From: Candidatus Omnitrophota bacterium
GTDB taxonomy: Bacteria > Omnitrophota > Gorgyraeia > Duberdicusellales > 4484-171
Assembly (NCBI GenBank): GCA_037146775.1
Contig: JBAWWL010000001.1
Coordinates: 69,464-133,463, forward strand
Direction: 5' to 3'
Length of the DNA stretch: 64,000 nucleotides
A program made the position numbers and the translations under genes. A model generated the notes under the pieces. It searched no databases, was not told the origin of the DNA, and saw only the letters and a program-made list of their open reading frames with translations. The first letter of the stretch is position 1, and every line of letters begins with the position of its first letter. Shown piece by piece: positions 54,701 to 63,700 of the stretch.

Positions 54701-57700
54701 GCTATAGCATGTGGTGCCAGTAAAGTTCTTTCTTTGGAAAGGGAGTGGAAGCTTAGAGATGAAATCAGGCATAACAGGAGGATTAATAATTTATATGATT
54801 GGCAAGTCCAGGATTGTCGCGGCTTTGAGAGTGTGTGGCGGGACGAAGTCATGGGGGCGGTTGTGGTTATTAACATGGACGGTTATTTCTCTCCGGAAGC
54901 GTTACTTGAAGTATTAGATAAAGGAATTCCTGCGGCCATAATATTATCAGGCGGGCATTATGCCAGAGAAAGATTAGATCCGGTATTAGAAATATTAAAT
55001 CAATACGGATTTTCGAACCGGATTATAACAATAGAACCATTAATTGGGATAAATCCATTAGAGAGCAAGCCTTTTGCTACAATCATTGCAACCCGCAACA
55101 TGCGGTCTGTTTCGGTCATTAGCTCGTCTGTTAGTTCCCCGCAAACACCTAGCTCGATACCCATGGCTAATTACTCACGACTAGGCAAGGCTAGCTCGTC
55201 CATAGATAATTATGATGAACCGTATTTAGAGCTTCACGTTTTAGAGGAATTGAGTCTTTTTAGGGAAAAGCTTGAATATGGGATGAGCTTTTTTAAGGCA
55301 ATTCTTTATCATGGCACAGGATCGGAATTTTCAGAATGGGACATTAACTTAACGAGTTCGCTCTCTAGCCGTTTAGAGCCAGCAGGTATTCGTTTGAGTT
55401 TTGCAAGAGATTATGCAGCTGGGTTTGCTATAGGAGAAGAGGCGAGAATTATTAAGTGCCGCGTCAGTTTAAAAAATCCGTGGTATGTTTCACGAACGCG
55501 TTTTTTTGCATACTTTCTATTTATTGGACAAGCGCTAGAGGAGCTTGCTTTGAGGCGGGGAGTTACTTCAGAAGATAAATTGTCGATTCCCGAATGCCGT
55601 AGCTACGTTAGGCAACGCATGCTAGAGCAAGGATATGACGGGGTTGTGCGTTGTGATGTCTCGTGTATAGAGGTAATCGCCTTTCATCCGCAAGCACAAA
55701 TTGAAGTTATAGAAGTATTTTGCGCTAGCTCAGCGATAAGTTTATTACAAGACACAAAAGAAAAAATTATAAAGGCGCTTGAAACTAAAAAAATGCCGGT
55801 TGATATAGCTAAAGAGCGAGCAATACCCGCGGCATTCTCTGCTGTGGATAGTGTTTTTGATATTCATACTCGGCCACAAGCATATGAGTTAGTTCTGGGG
55901 ATGGCTCTTGGTTTGATAGCTAAAGAGATTCCTGTCTGTAGTACTTTAGAGTATGGGGTGCCTTTGGCGATTCGTGATTCTTGTGCTTGTTTGTATGTAT
56001 TTAGAGAAAATATTTTTTGGCTTACCCGGCTTGCTGAAGATTTGTATCTTTCGTCGCAAGGCCCCATAGATCCTTACCAAACCCTTATTTTGGCGGGAGC
56101 ACTTTATGGCGAAGTTAGAAGAATCAAGACGTTTGAGGGTCTTCTTGAACGGGCCAGGCAAGATGTTAATAGAGCCAGGGTTGGTAAATATCCTAATGAA
56201 GAAGGGGTTATTGAAGTTAATATCGGCACGCAGGAAATTAGTGTTAACGAAGTTGATACAAAAGGAGAAAAATTTGATTTCAAAAATCCCGTAGAAGTGA
56301 GCCAATTTAAAAGAGAACATGGACAAGCTATTGATACAGCTTTAGGCGAAAATTGGAGAGACGTTCTTTTGGCTCAAATAAATCGTGATATTGGTGGAAT
56401 TATCTTGGGCCATGAAAGTGTTTATGTAACTTTTGCTCATTGCTGTGGTGGTACTGTGCAGGGAAGAATTATTGCCAAAGTCAAGATTCCGGCTTATAGC
56501 TTAAGAAAAGCTTTAGATTCAGTTAGCGATGGCCATTCTGCAAGCTCTCCGTTATTAATAATAGAAAATTTTACCTACTGGAGTAATGATTTTGACGGTC
56601 GTTACAGCGAGGATAGGGCGTATCATTTTGCTATTGGTGGAAAACAGGTATGTATTTCTGATCTTGAGTATGTAAAGATAACTATTCTTATTAAGCCTAC
56701 TAAGGTGATATACCTTGCAGTAGACCACAATACAAGTTGGTTCCATACTGTTTTGGCGTATAAAGAGGGCATGATCGGGGGTAATGAATTATTTGCACAC
56801 ATAGATCATAAGCAACATCCCGATGACCGCGCAATAGAGGCTAATCCTCCAGGTCGGTATGAGGATATTGGTTGGCACATTCAGCATTTAGCGCAAGGAG
56901 GTGCCAGTATTACCGGATATGTTACAGCTTTGCATAAAACATTTCCTGATATGATATTTTTGTTTCTTAAGCAATCAGATGGTGGTTCGGATGGCTGGGG
57001 AGGTGTTAGCTTTGATTGGGGTGGCTCAATTTTTAATTTGCCATTAGAGTATTTAAATAAAATTAAGATTGCTAGTATTGACTTGGATATGTTTACTAGT
57101 GATGTTTCTTCTAAAGAATTACAAAAGAAACTCATAGAAGTGCTCAGCTATGTCAGGGTAGGAATGGTTATTATTTCTCCAGCCGGTCCACAGGAAGCCG
57201 GTCAGCAACAGGCAATATTAATGAAAGAAATAATTGAAGATTTACTTGATAAGTTGATTCCTGGATGGAGATTACAAGAATTGGGGAGTAATGCTTTCGA
57301 TCCAACGAAGAGTTCTAGTGCTGTTCTTAACGGTCATCATGAGTCCAGGCTTTATTACCCATCTATAACTATTTGGGCTGTTCATCCAACTTTACGACAG
57401 TGCAGAGAGGTGATTAAGTGGGTCGCAAAAATGCCATGGCGCAAAACCGCTATAGTAGTGATTATTCCTTCAGATTGGGAAATGGCCTTAAAGTTTCTCA
57501 GAGATCGTGTTATCGCCAATCAACACTATTTTTATATGTTTATGTGTGAGCATTATATAGACGACGAAGGATGGTTTAATGAACAAGATATGTATAAAAT
57601 CAATGAATTGCGGCTAAAACTATCCGGGCGAGGATTAATAGCTGACGATCATTATCTATACGGTCAAAATACGCCTAACTGTATGAATATTATAGCTACA

Positions 57701-60700
57701 TGTCTGGCTAGAGGACTTATTTATAAGGGGCAATGTTGCAGTCCGCGTTTTAGCCGCAAATATACTCCATGCAAAAATTATTGTAGCTCAAATAAACTTT
57801 TTGTTATTGAAGATTTTACAATTACTGGAAGAAAGGGAATTGGCGTTCTTAATGACGAACAGCGTCGCGATTATACTCTTTTGAGTTTACATATTTCTGA
57901 GATTGAGAGGAGATATTTTGATACCGGCAATGGCGCTACCAGTTCTCCAGCTATGCACAGAAAAATGAAAGAAAAAGAACAACAAGAAAGAAAATCTTGG
58001 TTGTGGCAGGTTATTACAGGTCAGTTTACCTTTCCGTGGCTGGTGGGAGCTGACCAGCCTGCCGCAGCCGTCTCGTATGGTTACAGAGTAATGTCTTTTG
58101 TGATGACAAAATCATATCTTTTTAGTAGCCTTGCTAATAAAGCCCCTCCGTCTGTGAGCGTTTCGTTGGTCAGTTCTCCGCAAAAACCTAACTCAATACT
58201 CGCGACTCACTACTCACGACTAGATAAAGCCAGCTCACCCAATGCAAAGATCTCAGCTACGGCAGCCAGAATGGCAGAAATTTTTAACAATACTATTACC
58301 CATCGCAGCGATGTATGCCATGAAGATCTATTATTGCGCAACCGGCGAGTCCGGGAACTAAAAATATTTGGAGATGCTCTTGTTGGGCAATCGGGAAAGT
58401 TTGATGATCTTGATATCCTGGGAATAAAACTTGAAGAATTAAAGGCTGGTAAGTTTCTAGAAATAGGCTCGGGTAAAAAATGTCTAATCGGTCGCTTTTT
58501 AATCGACCAATTAGAATTTGATTCCGCTAATGTTTATGCGATAGATCCTATGATGGAAGAACCCGGCAAAGATTTTGATAATAATAGCGGGCGCTTTGTA
58601 AAAGGTATCATAGAAGAAATTCCGGAATTATTCCGGGAAATCAGCTTTAATATGATATATGCAGCATATGTGTTTTCCATCAGAAGAGGTTCTATAAAGT
58701 CCGGTTTACGCAAGATTGACCCTGGAAAAGCAGCCCGAAATGTTGATGTATTTTTGGCGCCCGGCGGAACACTGATGGTGGCAGGTAAAGCTATGCCGTC
58801 TGACATGGCTTGTGAATTGGCAAGTAGATTAGCCCAGCCTTATATCTGTCAGCGACCGGGAAATCAACATAGCCTATATTATTACACAAAGCTTCAGACT
58901 TTTTCTAGCTCGCCGGGTTCCCCCAGCACCAGCAATAGCTCCAATTATCGTAAGACATTAGGCCTGTTTCGGAGAAAAGATGACATCGAAGCATGGAAAG
59001 CGCTTAATCCTGTTTCTCCTATTGATGAGAATAAGTTGCCACGCCTATTCCCTAAAGGGGTTACGTATGGGTCGCAATGGAATTATTTAAGAGGTGAAAA
59101 GTATGAAATGAAAGGATATGTGCATACTGGTTTAGATTTATTAGTTCCAGCTTCTACCCAAGTAAGAGCAATTGCCGAGGGTACGGTATTTATAGGAAGA
59201 TATAAACACGAAAAAGGTGAATATGTTGTTGTTGATCATGGAAAGGGAATGCTGTCCTTGTATATGCATGTCATTCCTCGAGTAAATACCGGACAGAAAT
59301 TGGCGAAAGGAGATGTTATAGGTGAGGTAATGCATTCATCAATACATCCATCCCATCTTCACCTCGAATTATTAGCAAATATGGAAATATCCACAGAGGC
59401 ATTTCCGCGTGAAGGAGAAGATACGTTGGAAGATAAGGAAATAAACAGGCGGTGGACTTTTATTAAATACAGTCGAGAAACGAACAGCTTGGATCCGTTA
59501 TTGGTTCTTCCACAGATAGCCGAAGGAGCGGTAATAGAAGATGATGATAGCATTTTGATGGGTGCCGATAAAGGTGCAGGCTACGCCAGCTCGCCGTCTC
59601 AATCAGTCTGTAGTCAACGGTCTACAGTCAACGGTCGAGAAAAAATGCAAAATTTTGGTGATAGGCTATTGATTATACCTGCCTGCCGGCCAGACACGGG
59701 CTATGGGCGAAATCACGCCAGTTCATCTATGTTGGACAGCAGCGTCGGCCTTTCTGTGAAATATGTGAAATTTTCTTCGCCAGGTATTCCTTTGGAGTGT
59801 GACTATAATTGGCTCCAGCTGCAAAAAGGTATTCTTCTTGAATCTTATGCAGGTAATTTGTCGCCGGAAGCCAGCCGTCTCTTGCAAGAGCCGCAGATAG
59901 CAATTTGGAATGATACGTTTACTCCGCGCATCTACCTTGAATTCGCATGGAAAACCTACCCCCCTCAGAATAATCCATGGGTTAGTATCTTATACAAAGT
60001 CATCGAAATCTCGGTACGCAAGCACTTAGAGATTAAGGCGGGAACTAAAGAGGATGAATTTTTCAGGCAATTTTGTTATATTTCTGAAAAAGAAACAGAC
60101 AGTTTGGTTAAACCTACACAGTTACAGATTATAGGATTACGAACCGATACATTCAGGGTGCCGGATTTCTGGAAAGCTCAGCTCATTTGGCAAACCTGGT
60201 TATTTTGTAATATGTGTATGGGCCATGTCCAGGGTTTTATTCCAAGGGTTTTCCCTGACACATCTATCGGGCCGGCAGGCATTGATGATGCTTTACATTT
60301 AATTTATCTCATTGGTTTGGGGGGGATGGGTATTCCTGCCAGCCTAAATATCAAAGCTGCTGATATTAAACGTTATTTTTCCTCGCTTGGCTTTGGGTAT
60401 AGCCTGATTACGCAGTGTGGATGCTCCGAGCAATCATTACTCGCAGAAGAAAGAATTCAAGAACTGGTAGAGCATTATAAGGTCACGTTAGCGTTAAAAA
60501 CGCGTACAGATTACAATATCTATAAAGCCCGGTGCGATGCCGTAGATAAATTTAATTTAGCTGATGTTGAGTCGTGGCGTCGAGAGCGAGTAGAGCTGGA
60601 ATTAAGCGCTTTAGAGCAGCAAGGATTTAAAGCCGCAGCCGAGGTGCGCAGGCGCTTAGGGTTTGCCTCTGCAAGTTCTCCATCTCTGCCCGCCAGCTCG

Positions 60701-63700
60701 CCGGTGACTTCTAAAGAGTGCACCATATTAGTGCAAACTGATTTCTGGAAAGAGATTTCTGATATGTATGCATGGCCAAGAAAACCTAACGTTAAAAAGA
60801 AAGATAAATTGCTTGCGATAGTAGAGGGCCAATTTATTGATTGTTTACTACTGGAGAGAGTTCAGACAATATTGAAACAATTGGAACTCTTTAAATATTT
60901 TAATTATAGATATGAGGGGTTACAAATGAACTATTTCAGTAGTTTACTTGACCACATTATTGTTAACAGTGTTGATGCAATTTTTGAGAGAATTGACCGG
61001 GGTAAATCCGGGCATCCGCGTTATAATCCCCAAGAGTCTATAGCCCAGGCCCAGGCTCAGATACTTTTCTCTTTGTGTAAATACGATGGGGATGGCCCTC
61101 TGTATGAAGCGGTTTTAACTGATAATGGGGTAGGCATATCACTAGATCTTATGCGAACTTGGTCCACATGGACAAGAGATATTTTATTTCAATATACTGA
61201 AAATACCGTTGGAAGAGCATACCTGCCAATCCCCTCATCTTTTTCAACAAAGAATAGGGAAATCTCGGGTTTATATATTGGTCAACGCGGAGGTGGAATG
61301 GTGGAGTTTTTTCTTGATGCTGAAATAGGAAAGTTTCAAGTGACTATTGATTCCTGCCAGCCAGAGCAACGGGGTTACAGGTTTATACAGAGCACACAAG
61401 GTAGAAGAAACGTTCTTAACGCCTCCTGTGCGGCAATAGGCACCAAGGTTACTTTACGCGTTAAGTGTGCCAGTCGAAAAAGGTTTCAAGAAGTTAGTTC
61501 ATGTACTACTAGCCCTCCGGATGAGAATAAAAGGGGCGAAGCGATTAGTATGCCAAAAAATGTAGAAGCAGAAATTTTTATGGTTGATGTTTTGTTCGCG
61601 ACCAGCGAAGTCATTAGTTCATCAATTTGCGGTTTGCATGATTCTGGCCCGAATGATCCGAACGCGAGCAGTGCCGTAGGTCAGGGGCTTGAGTATGAGG
61701 TTAATACGCGGTTAAGTGAACCCGCTGATTTTAAAAAAATAAACGGTACTATTGCCGTAATTGGCGCATCAGGCTTTCTTGGTAGCTATATATATCTAAA
61801 ACTTTTATGGCTCGGCGCTCGCGTTATTGGGACTTTTTGTCACACCAAGATCGCGCCGCTTTTGGCGAATAATATGTGTTATCTTGATGTAACCGATGCA
61901 CGCCAGGTAGAAAAATTCATGCAAGATCACCGTCCGGCAGTAGTTATATATGCAGCAGGAGCTGTTGCATCAAAAGAAGAAGGACGAAATACGGAAAATA
62001 TAGAAGCGTTAAATATTGCCGCCATTGATAATATTGCCAGTTACTTTGGAAGCCATTTTATCTATTTTTCCAACAGCCAGGTTTATAGTGGAAAGAATCC
62101 ACCTTATACCGTTAATGATCCTGTTGATCCGATCAACCAGCGCGGAAAAATAAAGGCTGCCGGAGAGGCAATGTTGTTTGGTCGTCACAGAGATAGCTTT
62201 GTACGTTCAAGCGTAGTACGCGCCGGATTATTTTACGGCTATAGTATGTTTTGGCGAAGAATGGATGTTGTAGGCGATATCGTGCACAGGCTTAAACGCG
62301 GCGAGGCAACGATTGAAGCCGATAACTATCAGATCAGATATCCTGTTTTGATTGATGATGTTGTGGCGCATACGCTTGATATAGTAAAACACAGCGCTTA
62401 TGGCATTAGCCATATTAACGGTTTAGAGCCAGTCACAAGGTATGAATTGGCAAAAATGGTTGCTGGTATGTATGGAGACCTTACCGCTACTACTAGTGAA
62501 ACACTTATTATTCCTAAGCAAAATATTTTCCGCAATGAACCATTGGATAGTCGGCTAGTTAATACGTGTGGTATCGAGCTTACCCCACTGGAGGTCGGTT
62601 TACGCAAGGTGGTTTCTTACTATATTTGGTCGCAATCGGACCATCCGACTAGCTTGCTCCAAAAACCTTTAGGTGCCGGTCAAGCCAGCTCGCCGCAGGC
62701 CAGCGGCTTCGCCACTAGGCGAGCGAAGTCTCGCCTGTCGCAAAGTAATGAGGCGGACTCGCCAGGTGACCCGCGCAAACTTTCTTTTTATTCTAAGCTG
62801 CCAGATGGTTTTCAAAGAAATCGCAACAAGTATGGAAGGGCTTTATCCGGCGAGTGCGAACCGTGGGCGCGGTGGGCATTTAGAAGATTGAAAAATTATC
62901 TTAAAGAAGAGAAGGGGTTGATTAAGGAAGTGTATTTGATGTTTTTATGCGATGCGAAATGTCACACATCAATTGGGCATGCTTGGGTTGAATTTGTTAC
63001 TGTTGATGGCGTACGCTGGCTTAGTGATGGGACAATCAGTCAGTATGACCGCTTTAAAAGCTTGCGCGATGGTTTAGCCATTCCTTTAGTAGAATTATCG
63101 CCGGAGCAAAAGTGGTATTATTGTAGCGATAATGATGAGGTGTGGATAATTCTTGAAGAAGATTCTTCCGGCACCAAGCGCACAATTAACAATTGCGAAC
63201 GTAACAGGCATTTTACCCAAAACTCGGTAATAAGCGCGTCTGTCTCCAGCCCTTCGATTCGCTCCGCTCACTCAGGACATCGGTCCGCTTCGCCAAAGCT
63301 TCAGCGAGGAGAACATGGCAGTGCCTCTAGCTCATCGGTGATAGGTCCCCCATGTTTGACCGTAGCGCCGGAAAAAATTTTAAATGTAACGCTAGTTAAT
63401 TTGATTTCCTTACAATTCATAACACGTAGTCAATCAGGTCTTGCGATTAAGACTTTAACAGGTTATCTTGAGGCGAAGAAAAGACAAACAAAAAGAAAAG
63501 AAATAATAGTGCGTATGCTTGATATGCAAGAAATGTACGATAAGGTGAGCGATGCTCATCAGGAGGCAGGAGAAGATGTCATAGAGAGAGATTTTTATGA
63601 TGTTGTTGAGCAAGTGATTCAAGAGATTTGTGTTATCTGTCAAAGCGGCTATGCCGTGGTGGGCCTATCTATGAAATGGCAGACAATGCTTCCAGCAACG

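Noticed and set aside
32595-58069. Hairpins as intrinsic terminators, SECIS, SRP RNA or tRNA
   Set aside because: There is no 3' U-tract on the + strand, no in-frame TGA upstream, and no SRP or cloverleaf consensus.
2514-58240. CRISPR array or integron attC array from the dispersed repeats
   Set aside because: The repeats are kilobases apart, irregularly spaced and in-frame, they lack consistent attC RYYYAAC/GTTRRRY ends, and no cas or integrase domain was seen.
755-63335. Inteins or 2A-like skipping at module boundaries
   Set aside because: No C...HN-(C/S/T) intein ends or DxExNPGP motifs were noticed at the boundaries.
97-63643. All 60-225 aa ORFs in the supplied track
   Set aside because: They are antisense or off-frame shadows of the frame +2 giant ORF and have no recognisable motifs.
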